From Deltaproteobacteria bacterium (GTDB lineage: Bacteria > Myxococcota_A > Polyangia > JAAYKL01), in assembly GCA_030595125.1 (NCBI GenBank), contig JAUVDV010000004.1, positions 15,907-79,906 on the forward strand: a stretch of DNA of 64,000 nt. Direction: 5' to 3'. Shown piece by piece: positions 46,901 through 55,592 of the stretch. Each line of letters begins with the position of its first letter. The first letter of the stretch is position 1. A program made the position numbers and the translations under genes. Below the pieces are notes generated by a model. The model saw only the letters and a list, made by a program, of their open reading frames with translations. It made no database searches and was not told where the DNA came from.

Positions 46901-49900
46901 GATCTTCGCGAAGTGCCTCACCCAGTTTTTCCACTGCTCGCTCGGGCTCGTTCAGCTTGGATCCCAGCAAGTCACCCATCTTGTACAGCATCTGGGTCCG
47001 CTCATCGGGATCGGTGATCAACTGCTCCTGGGCTTCGTACACATCGAGAAGATCCGACCATCTTTGCGCGTTCTCGAAAAGCCTCGCAAGTGCGATGAGC
47101 GCTTCGCGATCCGGTCCTGTCTCGTCGCACGCCTGGTTGTAGGCGGCGATGGCCTCCTCGGTGTCCTCGAGGGATTCCTCGAAAAGCCGGGCTATGCGCA
47201 GGTAGATCTCCTTGCGCATGTCGCCTGACTCCTCGATGATGGCGCGCTTCTGCAGTACCTCGATGAGTTCGAGCCATTTTCCCTCTCGCTCGTACAGCCG
47301 CTCGAGCCCGGACAGGGAGGACATGTCGGTGTCGTCTATATCCTGTATCTCGCTGAACAACGCGATGGCCCGGTCGGTTCGTTCCAGAACCGACTCCTCG
47401 ATCTCGGCCATGCGATGCAGCACATCCCTTTGCTCCGATGGATCCCCGATCAGCCCCACCTTGATGCGCAGGACATCGAGGAGATCTTCCCATTCCTCCT
47501 TGCCCGTCAAGATCCGATCGAGAGCGTTCACTGCCGGCAGCGCGGTATCCGGGTTGGAAGGATCGTGCTCCAGGAGTTTTCGATATGCCACCTGTGCGCG
47601 GTCGATGTCGCCGAGCCGCTCGTCATATAGCTTTGCGACTTCACCCATAAGTCTGGAAGTCAGGATGTCGTCATCAGTAACCTTTGGAATAATTTCGTCG
47701 AGGAGCCGGCAGTATTCCAGCTCCATTCCGTTCTCCGTCGCCACCCGCGCAACTTCCGAAGCCACCAATTCTCTGGATGGGTCGATCTCGAACGCACTTG
47801 AAAGCGCCTTGAACGCGCCGTCTGGATCACCGAGCCGCCGCTCTCGCAGATCGGCAACTCGTGTGAGGATGTCCACCTTCTGACTGAAGTCGATGTCGTC
47901 GTCTTCCAGCGCGATCATCAACACGCGCGCAAGTGGCTCCGCCGCCCCCTGGTAGTCGTAATTCTTGACCAGTATCGAAGCGGCCTTCTGCCTCAAGTCT
48001 TCTTTGTCCAGCAGCCGCTCAAGAGCCTCTTGCACCTTGAGGTGATCGGGGTCGTCGTTGATTACCTGCTCGTAGCATTCGATAGCATCCTCTGTGTTTC
48101 GCAGGTGATGCTCCGCGATCTCGCCTATCCGGTACAGAAGCTGAATCGCCGCAGGACCTTCTGCAACCTGGTGCTGGCCTCGAAGAAGCGCAGAAAGATC
48201 TTCCCATCTCTCGCCCTCTTCGTACAACCCGGTGAGCGCGCGAACAGCTTCGCTGTTGGGCGGATCTTCTTCAAGCACCGCGCGGTATGCATCGATGGCT
48301 TGCGGCACATCCCTGTTCACCTCGTCGACGATGAAGCAGATTTTGAAAAGCAGGTCGAGTCTGGAACTCGGCCCGGAGCCGTTCTCGAGGGCATCCCGAT
48401 AGATCTTCAGCAAGTCGTCCCATCGCTCGGCCAGGGTGAAGAGCTCCTCGAGCGCCGTGAAGGAATTCGTCGCTCCGGGGTCTTGTGCCAGCACCTTCAT
48501 GTGGTAGGGCTCTGCATCCGCCGGCTGGCCGAGTTGCTCGCCGTACAGGACCGCCAGACGCCGGGCGAGCTCGAGCCCGTTTTCCTCGTCCATCGACTCG
48601 CTGTTGAAGGCCTCGGCCAGACGTGTCGCCAGATCCGGGGCCAGACCAAGCTCATCGGAAAGAGCGGTCATGCGATCCCATAGATCTGTGTCGGACGGAT
48701 TCTCGCGAAGAGCGGCGCCCAGCGTTTCGAAGGCCAGTTGCTTGTCGTCCATTCGCTCGGCGTAGACATTCGCCAGTTCGGAATTGAGATCCAGCTTCTT
48801 CTCGGAACTATCGGAAGCCTCAATGAGAATTGAAAGCACCCAGGCCAATCGCCGCCAGTCTTCGCTTAGTTCCAGGTGGGGCTTCAGGAAACCGGCAACC
48901 TCGACGCGATAATTCTCTCCCCGCATGTAGACTTCCAGGCCCGCAATACTGTCCGTGTCGCCGGGGTTCGTATCGAGCAATTCCTTGTATGTTCCAATCG
49001 CTCGCACCTCATCGTTCAACTCCTCCCCCGCGAGACGCGCGACCTGGAAGGAGATTTCGGTCCAATCATCGCTGCCGATCTCAGCGGTTTCGCGTCTCTT
49101 CGCCAGGATCTCGATGAGCTCGTCCCACTGCTCGGTGAGTCGGAAGATCCTCTCGAGGGAAACGAGCGCCTCGGTATCTTCGGGGAACATCTGCAGCACG
49201 GTGCGATAGTGCGCCGCCGCCGCAACGGGCTTGTCCATACCCTCTTCGTAGAGCTGCGCCATTTCTATGATCTGCTCGCGACGCTGTTCATCGTTCTCAC
49301 AAAGATCAATTCGCCGCTCGAAGATTCCAACCAGATCGTCCCATCGCCCGGTGGTACGGAATATATTGTCCAGCGCGGTCAGAGCCGCATTGTCCCCCGG
49401 CGTCTCCTCGAGGATCGCCTGGTATCCCACCACCGCTTCATCGACGGCACCCAGACGTTCGATGAAAATCTGTGCGATGCGACGTTCGATCATTACGCGC
49501 CGCTCTCCCTCGAAGGCGCCGAGGGATTTCTTGTAGATCTCCACCAGCTCCTCGAACCCGCCTGCCGCCTCCGCCGATTCTTCGAGCGCCTCGCGAACGG
49601 ACTCCTCCAGGGGCATTTCCTCAAACGCCCGCGCCGCCCACTTGAACGCCAACGCACGATTGTTCAGCTGATTCACGGAAAGCTCACGCAACTCATCAAT
49701 GCGCAGTACGCGTTCTTCCTTGTCCTGCGTACCGTCCAGCACCACCTCCAGACAGCCCATCAACCGGCTCCATTTTTCGGCGCGACGGTAGATTGGCACC
49801 AGCGCTTTCGCTGCTCGCAGATTATCGGGATCCACCGAAAGGACTCGCTCGTAATGCCTCACCGCCCTGTCCGGCTGGCCTATGGGATCATCGTAGATCT

Positions 49901-52148
49901 CGGCGCAACGAAACGACAGCAGCATCTTGATCTCGGAATCATCTGACCGATCGGCGGCGATTCCCAGAACCTCGACGAGTCCCTCGTAATCATCTGCCTT
50001 GCTGAAAAGTTTTTCGAGCGCCTCCCAATCATTGGCGGCCTGGTATGCGTCCTTGAGAGATCGCATTGCCTTGGCGTTTCCCGGCTGCACTTCCAGGAGC
50101 CTGCTCCACGCATCGGCAGCCTTCGTCGGATCCTTGACGCGATCCTTGAGGACCGTTCCAAGCTTGGTCAAAAGCGCGATCTTTTCCTCGTCGGTTTGTG
50201 CGCGTTCCACGCGGATCTCGATCACACCGGAAAGACCTTCCCAATCCTTCTGTCTCTCGGTGAGCTTCTCCAGCGTTGGTAGCGCGTCGGGCGCGTCTGG
50301 ATCCAGAGCAAGGACCTCTTTCCAGATCTGGATCGCGCGATCGTGATTGGAAAGACGATCACCGGCAAGCTGCGCCATCTCAATCAGGAGATCTCGCTTC
50401 TCCTCACCCTCGAAAAGCTCCGATTCGTCGGTGAGAAGACCGAGCAACGGTTTCCACGCCCGTCGCTTCTGATAAACATTTTTCAGTGTTTCGATGGCCT
50501 TGCGGTCAGTGGGATCCAGTGTCCGGATCTCCTCGAGTGGCGCGATGGCCTTGTTGAAGTTGTTGAACCGCTCAACCCACAGATTTGCGATCCGGTTCAG
50601 CAGGTCTATCTTCTCTTGTGTTTCCTGCGCAACGGCGGCTCTTTTGCCAAGAATGTTGATGAGATCATTCCACCGACCAGCCGACTCGTATGCGGCCATG
50701 AGATTTTCGAGCGCCTCACCGTTGTCCGGATCTATTTTGAGAATCAGGTCGTAAGTCTTGATGACCATCATCTCCAGGGAAAGCTGGTCCTGATAGATCT
50801 CTACCATCTCCAGATAAACGGCGACCCTGGCGCGCACATCGTCATCGGAGATCCCGTCAACCTCGGCCTTAAGTTGGTCGAGGAGATTGTTCCACTTGCC
50901 TGACTGGCGATACAGCAACTTCAGCTTGTCGCGGGCTTCGTCGTTGTCCGGTTCCTGTCGAAGCACGTTCTTCCAGGCGTCAATCGCCTTCTCCACGTTG
51001 CCACCCTCGGAACCTGCCAGTTGCGCGATCTCCACGTTCAGCTTTTCCCCGAGGTTGTTGTCCTCGGTGGCCCTCTGAGCGTCTGTAAGGATCTTGAGCA
51101 ACTTGGATTTATTGGCGTCGTCTTCCCCGTAGAATTTTCGGTAGAACCCGAGCATCCCCTGATGGGACGGCTCAAGCTTGCGGAGACGCCGGAAGTAGTC
51201 CTCCGCATCTTCCATGTTCTCTCTCATGCGCCAGTGGACCATACCGGCCTGCATGAGCATCGCGATCTTTTCGTCGTCCGACTGCTGCCCGCGCAGGCTG
51301 TCGGAATACAGCGCTACCAGGTGATCCCAATCCTCTTTCTCCTCGAAATACTTGACCAGAAATTTGAGCGCCGACTTGTCTTGGGGAGCGAGATCGAGCA
51401 CGTTCGAGTAACACTCGGCTGCCGAGTCCACGTCTTCCATCCGGTGACCGTAGGTGTACCCGGCGGCGAGCAGCATCTGGATCCGTTCCTGTTTGGTGGA
51501 CCGCTCCTGACCGAGCTTCACGTAAAGACTGGCCAGATCTTCCCATCGTTCCCTCTCGGTGAGCACCAGTTCGAGGAGCCGGGCGGCGCGATGATGCGAC
51601 GCGTCGGCCTCGAGGGCCTCCTGAAGAAATACCGGGATCTCCTTGCCTCGCTTGTGATTCTTGTAGGTGCGCTCCGCAGCGCTGAAGAACATATGCGCCT
51701 TGAGGGACGGCTCCGTGGCCTCCTTGGCCTGCTCCTCGAATTTCTCGACGATCTCCGACCAGTTTCCTCGCTCCGACTCCATCGATTCGATCTTGCCTAT
51801 CGATTCGGTGTCCTCGGGGGCCACGACTACCAGCTGCTTGAGTTTTTCGAGCGCCGCCCTCTGATCGAAGAGTTCCTCGTCCAGGATTCTGGCGCATTCC
51901 CGCAAGAGACGGGCCTCGCTCTCGGGATCCTCGACTAGCACGAGTTCAATGTCCATCACCCGACACGCGGTGCCAAAACGCCCGGCGCTGACTAACCGCT
52001 TCCACGAGACCTCCAGCTCCTCGATAACCGCCGAAACGTTTTCCAGGGCTTCGTCGCTGGTGACCGCTTCCTCCAGGGAATGTACTGCTTCCTCGTTGGA
52101 TGCGTCGTGTTCTAGGATGGAAATGAGAGACTGGATGCGCTCTTTCAT
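40956..52148 (-). CDS. Giant (3730 aa) acidic TPR-repeat protein, AgmK/GltI-like
   Basis: Uninterrupted 11.2-kb ORF of helical repeats of the type A...Y..VL..DP....AL.AL.RLY....RW.DL; no signal peptide or TM. Size and style recall myxobacterial AgmK; orthology untested. Confidence 0.88.
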   Translation of the reverse strand: MKERIQSLISILEHDASNEEAVHSLEEAVTSDEALENVSAVIEELEVSWKRLVSAGRFGTACRVMDIELVLVEDPESEARLLRECARILDEELFDQRAALEKLKQLVVVAPEDTESIGKIESMESERGNWSEIVEKFEEQAKEATEPSLKAHMFFSAAERTYKNHKRGKEIPVFLQEALEADASHHRAARLLELVLTERERWEDLASLYVKLGQERSTKQERIQMLLAAGYTYGHRMEDVDSAAECYSNVLDLAPQDKSALKFLVKYFEEKEDWDHLVALYSDSLRGQQSDDEKIAMLMQAGMVHWRMRENMEDAEDYFRRLRKLEPSHQGMLGFYRKFYGEDDANKSKLLKILTDAQRATEDNNLGEKLNVEIAQLAGSEGGNVEKAIDAWKNVLRQEPDNDEARDKLKLLYRQSGKWNNLLDQLKAEVDGISDDDVRARVAVYLEMVEIYQDQLSLEMMVIKTYDLILKIDPDNGEALENLMAAYESAGRWNDLINILGKRAAVAQETQEKIDLLNRIANLWVERFNNFNKAIAPLEEIRTLDPTDRKAIETLKNVYQKRRAWKPLLGLLTDESELFEGEEKRDLLIEMAQLAGDRLSNHDRAIQIWKEVLALDPDAPDALPTLEKLTERQKDWEGLSGVIEIRVERAQTDEEKIALLTKLGTVLKDRVKDPTKAADAWSRLLEVQPGNAKAMRSLKDAYQAANDWEALEKLFSKADDYEGLVEVLGIAADRSDDSEIKMLLSFRCAEIYDDPIGQPDRAVRHYERVLSVDPDNLRAAKALVPIYRRAEKWSRLMGCLEVVLDGTQDKEERVLRIDELRELSVNQLNNRALAFKWAARAFEEMPLEESVREALEESAEAAGGFEELVEIYKKSLGAFEGERRVMIERRIAQIFIERLGAVDEAVVGYQAILEETPGDNAALTALDNIFRTTGRWDDLVGIFERRIDLCENDEQRREQIIEMAQLYEEGMDKPVAAAAHYRTVLQMFPEDTEALVSLERIFRLTEQWDELIEILAKRRETAEIGSDDWTEISFQVARLAGEELNDEVRAIGTYKELLDTNPGDTDSIAGLEVYMRGENYRVEVAGFLKPHLELSEDWRRLAWVLSILIEASDSSEKKLDLNSELANVYAERMDDKQLAFETLGAALRENPSDTDLWDRMTALSDELGLAPDLATRLAEAFNSESMDEENGLELARRLAVLYGEQLGQPADAEPYHMKVLAQDPGATNSFTALEELFTLAERWDDLLKIYRDALENGSGPSSRLDLLFKICFIVDEVNRDVPQAIDAYRAVLEEDPPNSEAVRALTGLYEEGERWEDLSALLRGQHQVAEGPAAIQLLYRIGEIAEHHLRNTEDAIECYEQVINDDPDHLKVQEALERLLDKEDLRQKAASILVKNYDYQGAAEPLARVLMIALEDDDIDFSQKVDILTRVADLRERRLGDPDGAFKALSSAFEIDPSRELVASEVARVATENGMELEYCRLLDEIIPKVTDDDILTSRLMGEVAKLYDERLGDIDRAQVAYRKLLEHDPSNPDTALPAVNALDRILTGKEEWEDLLDVLRIKVGLIGDPSEQRDVLHRMAEIEESVLERTDRAIALFSEIQDIDDTDMSSLSGLERLYEREGKWLELIEVLQKRAIIEESGDMRKEIYLRIARLFEESLEDTEEAIAAYNQACDETGPDREALIALARLFENAQRWSDLLDVYEAQEQLITDPDERTQMLYKMGDLLGSKLNEPERAVEKLGEALREDPSHKDARSSLEAMLDGPVKLEVIEILKPICEAEGDYERLLKFAEIQAKEADDPLERSRVLRESAEVAEVGLDDMERAFNLLGRAFRDGTASPDLQALIDNLERLAAGVDGFDRLVDLYREVGPDILDGDLQIRCNLRAAEIAHTMLEDLDVAREYYVKVLDMDGENVQAMNALEQIYQSQEQYLELFEIYRKKVQTADDDEIRREILFKQARVCEVNLEDLSGATQTYETILESDDENSDAMEALERLYPKAERWADLIDMLDRQVELGTGNPVELLHRLGQLAHDKLGDEERAFEYYAGALELDPNHQVTIDSLEAAMEDEAHRGRVAEILEPVYKQQGDWAKMAEALDARLQYCDDPMERKELLRTIGTVYEEQLGNLEKAFETFARLFQEDVEERSSWELLNRLSSVLENWERLAEVFSAALEDVVGDTPDTAELAFMLGEVYESRLDLPEDAKASYLRVLAFSPDDPKAFSAVERMLLATESWPDLLELYRDAADAALDTDQRKEFFFKIADIQQNSNNDLDAAINAYRDVMQLDGQDKRATTALDQLLFQKERFDDLTVHLRAQVDQAVEASDRNELRRRLARVFEENLDDMISAVDVYEEAISEEDGDPQSIAELERLILNEEQRQRIAEVLEPIYRETDQWKKLIVILKTREEVEDAPARKVSIFKEIAKLHEERGQNFLLAFNAYAKAFSSEPGDRETLSEMMRLAEGIDNWEDLATTLDSNLEEIYDMDFKVGVLHILGSTYDQRLDMPRKAIDAYRAVIEVDETDAEALDALEGLFNLVGDWEGLVEILSRKASLAQAPEDRAEILRTKASIYEDLMGSPKDAVDSYRQALEADATSIVVMDALERLYEASGEWIDLIDVRRGRCDAVTDPEERINILRSLGPIYEDKLEETFEAITSWRAVLEEDSMDAQAVAALDRLYTKESMHTELLDNLILQKEIVKDQAMWVDVGVRIGELQEKELSDLEGAIDSYRDVLAQQPTHAGAIAALERLAADESVRARAIDVLEPLHREASRNDSLARILELKLEVMEDPAERFTQLLTLAELHEIGLSDPEAAFDVYARALSEDSSRVEVMEALERIAGAGQLWKKLAGVYEERAQDAFDAEVERSILKRLGEIMEVHLGDARGAIEAYRRILDGGGTDKAVISALDRLYEREQMWTELDEVIEQELQLYSDTADINRLKIRQGVIREREFGDFAGAINAYRDVLEASYENDEAISAIEVLLEKDDFVEDVVEILGPVYEMREERHKIGPLFDARLRVAEDGADRVRLLGELAVHNEEVLGDPGAAFDAYARAFAVAPDEESLLHELERLADDLGSWSALVTAAQKALDGDRLDPSAQVELGLKIADWASTKVGDPRMAEARYRAVLEREPEHQGAIDALVELLRGLGRFEDLLPALKVKAQITYDFAAKKDVLFQAAKIAQFELGDVDRAIGIFKEVLDLDEADIDALDALIALTEDAGDYKSMVELLLARGHNTVDPTEANGFRHQAATLFLGPLETPAKAVDVLRDVLDMDSTDEVAISQLDLLYQKLERWKDLQDLYMQKLDNATDERARVEVLRSLAMLAEQRFDDPDEATGHLQEVLMIDPQDDQANADLERIYSKTERWQDLVEMLEGRADRARDQGNVESELTLLVRIGEIWDGQLSDPDRATDIYERVLEQDPEHTRALAALAGLYEANEDWDRVAEVLRKAAQTGRGGPDQAEVHFRLARLNESHLNDEDGAIAELRKAVELNPGHVGANDSLVEYCRKRGDNDGLWEALMRQEMNLETDGEKVAKLLEIADLQSGPLGDAAGAVASLERAHEMDKSNKDVMLKLSDGYIAAGREDEAIPVIESLIEAETLGGKRRSKGAAVYHQRLAKAYLSRGDQDKSLEHLESAYKMDISNTEVLISLGKLHYDREDWDKAIKLFRALLLQRFDSSAGVDKADIYWYVGDISLKKGDARKAKGMFQRGLDENNGHEGCKDGLSKC

Positions 52149-52390
52149 GGCTCGTTGCCCTCGCCTTGCTGATCACCAAGTCCGTTGGCAATCGTGACAT
52201 CCCGAACTCCCATGGAATTCGAGAGAAACAGGACACAAAAAAACAAGTTCACTATGAGAACCAAAATTGAAAATAATAGATGCGCGCGTAATTTTCGTTA
52301 TTGAAAATCACTTTAGAAACTAATGGTTGCATTGGCAATCACGGGAAATTTGTACAGGCTGAACACAGTATCAGTATTTTACGATGTCGA

Positions 52391-52419
52391 TTTACGGTTG
52401 AGGGCTGCGGCGATATAGT
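52391..52419 (+). promoter_or_regulatory. Putative sigma70 promoter of the Ser/Thr kinase operon
   Basis: TTTACG-17 nt-TATAGT in an AT-rich divergent intergenic region. Confidence 0.4.
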
Positions 52420-52433
52420 CTCCACCTGACTTC

Positions 52434-54248
52434 ATGACCATGGAGAACAAAAAACGCGTCGGACGATATGATCTCCTCGACGAGATAGGGCGGGGGGGTA
52501 TGGCGGTAGTGTACCGCGCCTGGGATAGTAGTCTGAACAGAGAAGTCGCTCTCAAACTCCTGCACCCTCACCTCGCGAGCCACAAGGAAGCGAGAATTCG
52601 TTTCCAGAGGGAGGCCCACGCGGTCGCCCGCCTGCATCACAGACACATCGTCGAGGTCTATGATTACTCGGGGCAAGAGGGCGACGACATATACATTATT
52701 ATGGAATTGATCGAGGGAACCACCTTGAGAAAATTCCTTGCTGATCGTCCTCGCGGCCCGTTGTCGGCGGAGGCGGCAGCTCTCATCGCCCTTCAAATTT
52801 TCGACGCCCTGGCGGCCGCACACGAGCAGAACGTGGTTCACAGGGACGTGAAACCGGAGAACATCCTGATCGGCACCGACGGCAACATCCGGCTCTCCGA
52901 TTTCGGGATAGCTCACCTGGCCGGCCTCGACCAGATGACCGTCACGGGGCAGATCCTCGGCTCCCCGGCGTACATGTCACCCGAGCATATCGAGTTGGCC
53001 GAGCTGGACGCGCGCGCCGACATCTTCTCCGCCGGAACACTCCTTTACGAAATGGCGGTCGGCAGCCTGCCCTTCCACGGGAGCAATCCCCACCAGATCA
53101 TCAAAAGAATAATTGAAGGTTATTACGACCAACCCCTTGGGGTGAACCCTTCCGTCGGCCACCACGTGGCAGCCGTGATCGTCCGTTGCATGCAACATGA
53201 TCCGGATAGCCGGTATGAAACGGCTGGAATGGCGGAATCAGATCTCAACGCGGCTCTCGAAAAAATGGGCATCACCTCACCTCGAAAGGAGCTTGTCCGT
53301 TTCTTCGAAGATCCCGATGGATGGGAAGAAGAAAAAAGAGAAACCGTTGTTCTTCGCACGCTCGCCCTCGGACAGGCCGCGCGAAAAGGAAATCGTCTAC
53401 CCGAGGCGATGGATCATTTCAATCGCGTCCTGGCGCTGGAGCCGGGAAATGAAAAAGCTCTCGACGCCGTGGCGGGCCTGTCCCGCCGTCGGCGTCTGCA
53501 CAGGGCCCTCGAGCGCGCATCCATCGGGCTGGCCGTTATCGTGACCGCGAGCGCGATCATCTGGGCCATCATCTCCAACACCGGCACCCAGGGATCCGAA
53601 ATATCATCACTGAATGACGGTTTCGTCCAAAATACAGTGGCGAAAAAAGCCGTCTCACCAGCGGACGCCGGCCTCGGAAAACCGACAACGACGATCATAC
53701 CGGAGGACGCCGGCGCGAAGGACGTGGCATCGAAGAAATCGTCTCAACTCGTACCGATGATCAAGCATCCGTTTCCCAAGGCCAGGCGAAATGTGGTGTT
53801 CACTCCTCGTCCCATGAGCGTGACGATCGAAATTGACGGCGCAGAACGTTTCGTCTTCAAAGCCAAGGACCGATCGCGCATGCTCACCCTGGGGAAGCAC
53901 ATTGTGAAGTTCATTCCGAGGGATAACAGGCTGCTGCCGGCCACCAGGGAGATAGTGGTGAACAAGGGTGACGAACCCATGCCCGTGCGCGTCCGGCTGA
54001 AATGGCGGCCGGCCAGAATGCACATCAAGAGCAACGTCAACGCTAGGGTGATTGTGGAGGGGCACTCCGGGGGAAAGACCAACACGTTTTTCGATATCCC
54101 TCTCGATAACAACCCCAATGAGAGGGTGAAAATAGTAGTTAGCGCCGGGGGCTACCGCACTCAGACCAAGCAGGTTACAATCGCCGCTGGAGAGACAGTG
54201 GATATAACCCTGAATCTCCCCGAGGAGGGAAGCGCTGCCCCGCCCTAG
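52434..54248 (+). CDS. Hanks-type Ser/Thr protein kinase with TPR, TM and extracytoplasmic PEGA-like domains
   Basis: IGRGGMAVVY, VALKLL, HRDVKPEN, DFGIA, GSPAYMSPE; TM IGLAVIVTASAIIWAII; C-terminal beta domains (VSAGGYRTQTKQVTIAAGETVDITLNL). Confidence 0.95.
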   Translation: MTMENKKRVGRYDLLDEIGRGGMAVVYRAWDSSLNREVALKLLHPHLASHKEARIRFQREAHAVARLHHRHIVEVYDYSGQEGDDIYIIMELIEGTTLRKFLADRPRGPLSAEAAALIALQIFDALAAAHEQNVVHRDVKPENILIGTDGNIRLSDFGIAHLAGLDQMTVTGQILGSPAYMSPEHIELAELDARADIFSAGTLLYEMAVGSLPFHGSNPHQIIKRIIEGYYDQPLGVNPSVGHHVAAVIVRCMQHDPDSRYETAGMAESDLNAALEKMGITSPRKELVRFFEDPDGWEEEKRETVVLRTLALGQAARKGNRLPEAMDHFNRVLALEPGNEKALDAVAGLSRRRRLHRALERASIGLAVIVTASAIIWAIISNTGTQGSEISSLNDGFVQNTVAKKAVSPADAGLGKPTTTIIPEDAGAKDVASKKSSQLVPMIKHPFPKARRNVVFTPRPMSVTIEIDGAERFVFKAKDRSRMLTLGKHIVKFIPRDNRLLPATREIVVNKGDEPMPVRVRLKWRPARMHIKSNVNARVIVEGHSGGKTNTFFDIPLDNNPNERVKIVVSAGGYRTQTKQVTIAAGETVDITLNLPEEGSAAPP

Positions 54249-54269
54249 AAACGCATCTCCTCAAGGCAG

Positions 54270-55211
54270 GTGAAAGTGCTGGTTCGAAGAAAAAACACCG
54301 TGCCGGTGATCATGTTTCTCTTGTCGATCGCAGTCGGCCTGGCGCCCAGGTGGTCTGCGGCGGACGAGTTTGAAGATTTCGCGAGCGCGAAGAACGCTTA
54401 CGACGCCGGCGAACACGAGGCTGCGGTGGTGCGGTTCGAAGCGCTGCTCGACAGCGACCCGAAGAACAAGGGGCTGATCCAGGAGATCCACAAGCTTCTC
54501 GGTGTGAGCTATCTGTTCGTAGAAAACAGAGAAGAAGCCGAGGCGAACTTTATCGAGTTGCTGACATTGGAGCCGGGCTTTTCGCTCGATCCGCTTGTCT
54601 TTCCAATTGACGTCGTTGATTTCTTTACGGAGATCAAGTCCCGGCACGCGGAGCGACTGGCGGCTCTCACAAAGGCGCGGGCGGATGAGGAGGCTGTGCG
54701 GCTCAAGGCACAGGAGGAAAAGAGGAAGCTTGAGATCGAGGCACTCCGGCGAAATGTCTACCTGGGTCGAAACCGACAGGAGAACTCGATGCTCGTGGCG
54801 CTCACCCCGTTCGGCGCCGGTCAGTTTCAGAACCGCCACAAGGTGAAGGGCGCCCTCTATCTCAGCGGCGAACTCCTCTTGACCGCCACAGCGATCACAA
54901 CCTTTATTTTACATGAGAACCTCAGGGAACAATCGACGGAACCGTTCGTTTCCCAGAACAAACGCGAGGAATACGAACGCATGGAGACGGGATACCGGAT
55001 AACCAACCGGGTGAGCCTGGTCGCCCTCGGACTGGTGATGATCGCCGGCATAGTGGATTCCCTCTTCTATTTCGAGCGCGAGGAGATCACCTGGGAACCA
55101 CTGAAGGAAAAGAACGTACCGGAGAACCTCCGGCCCGGAGGCCAATCTATTACATTGATACCATTCATCATCGATACCGGGATCGGTATCGGGGCGTCAG
55201 GCGAGTTTTAG
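54270..55211 (+). CDS. Secreted or membrane TPR-containing protein
   Basis: Signal peptide ending near WSAA; TPR pair (AKNAYDAGEHEAA / IHKLLGVSYLF); coiled coil; C-terminal hydrophobic helices. Confidence 0.75.
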   Translation: MKVLVRRKNTVPVIMFLLSIAVGLAPRWSAADEFEDFASAKNAYDAGEHEAAVVRFEALLDSDPKNKGLIQEIHKLLGVSYLFVENREEAEANFIELLTLEPGFSLDPLVFPIDVVDFFTEIKSRHAERLAALTKARADEEAVRLKAQEEKRKLEIEALRRNVYLGRNRQENSMLVALTPFGAGQFQNRHKVKGALYLSGELLLTATAITTFILHENLREQSTEPFVSQNKREEYERMETGYRITNRVSLVALGLVMIAGIVDSLFYFEREEITWEPLKEKNVPENLRPGGQSITLIPFIIDTGIGIGASGEF

Positions 55212-55242
55212 AACGAGTTCCGGATAACTACCGAAAGTAGCT

Positions 55243-55431
55243 TTACTCTGCGGGGGCTTCCTCTGCGGGAGCCTCGGGAACCTCTGCCTCGGGAGCCTCT
55301 GCCTCGGGGGCCTCTACTTCGGGAGCCTCTACTTCGGGAGCCTCGGGGGTCTCAACGGCCGGCATCTCGCCGCCGCAACCGAAAGCAAAACCAAACATGG
55401 AAACTACGATGACTACGAATAATTTCTTCAT
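55243..55431 (-). CDS. 62-aa acidic lipoprotein made of (E/V)APE repeats
   Basis: AGGAG SD; MKKLFVVIVVSMFGFAFGC followed by 15-bp coding repeats (EAPEV/EAPEA). Confidence 0.75.
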   Translation of the reverse strand: MKKLFVVIVVSMFGFAFGCGGEMPAVETPEAPEVEAPEVEAPEAEAPEAEVPEAPAEEAPAE

Positions 55432-55592
55432 TTTGAAAACTCCTGGTTCGAAAGGGCGGGAACAACTCCCGTCCAGACTGACATTCCTTGTTAGCAACTG
55501 AATTGTTCGTATCCTTTGCACATGTATGATGTCAAGTTACAAGATCAGTTTTATTGATAAAATTCGATAACCAAATGTTAGTAATACAGTAC

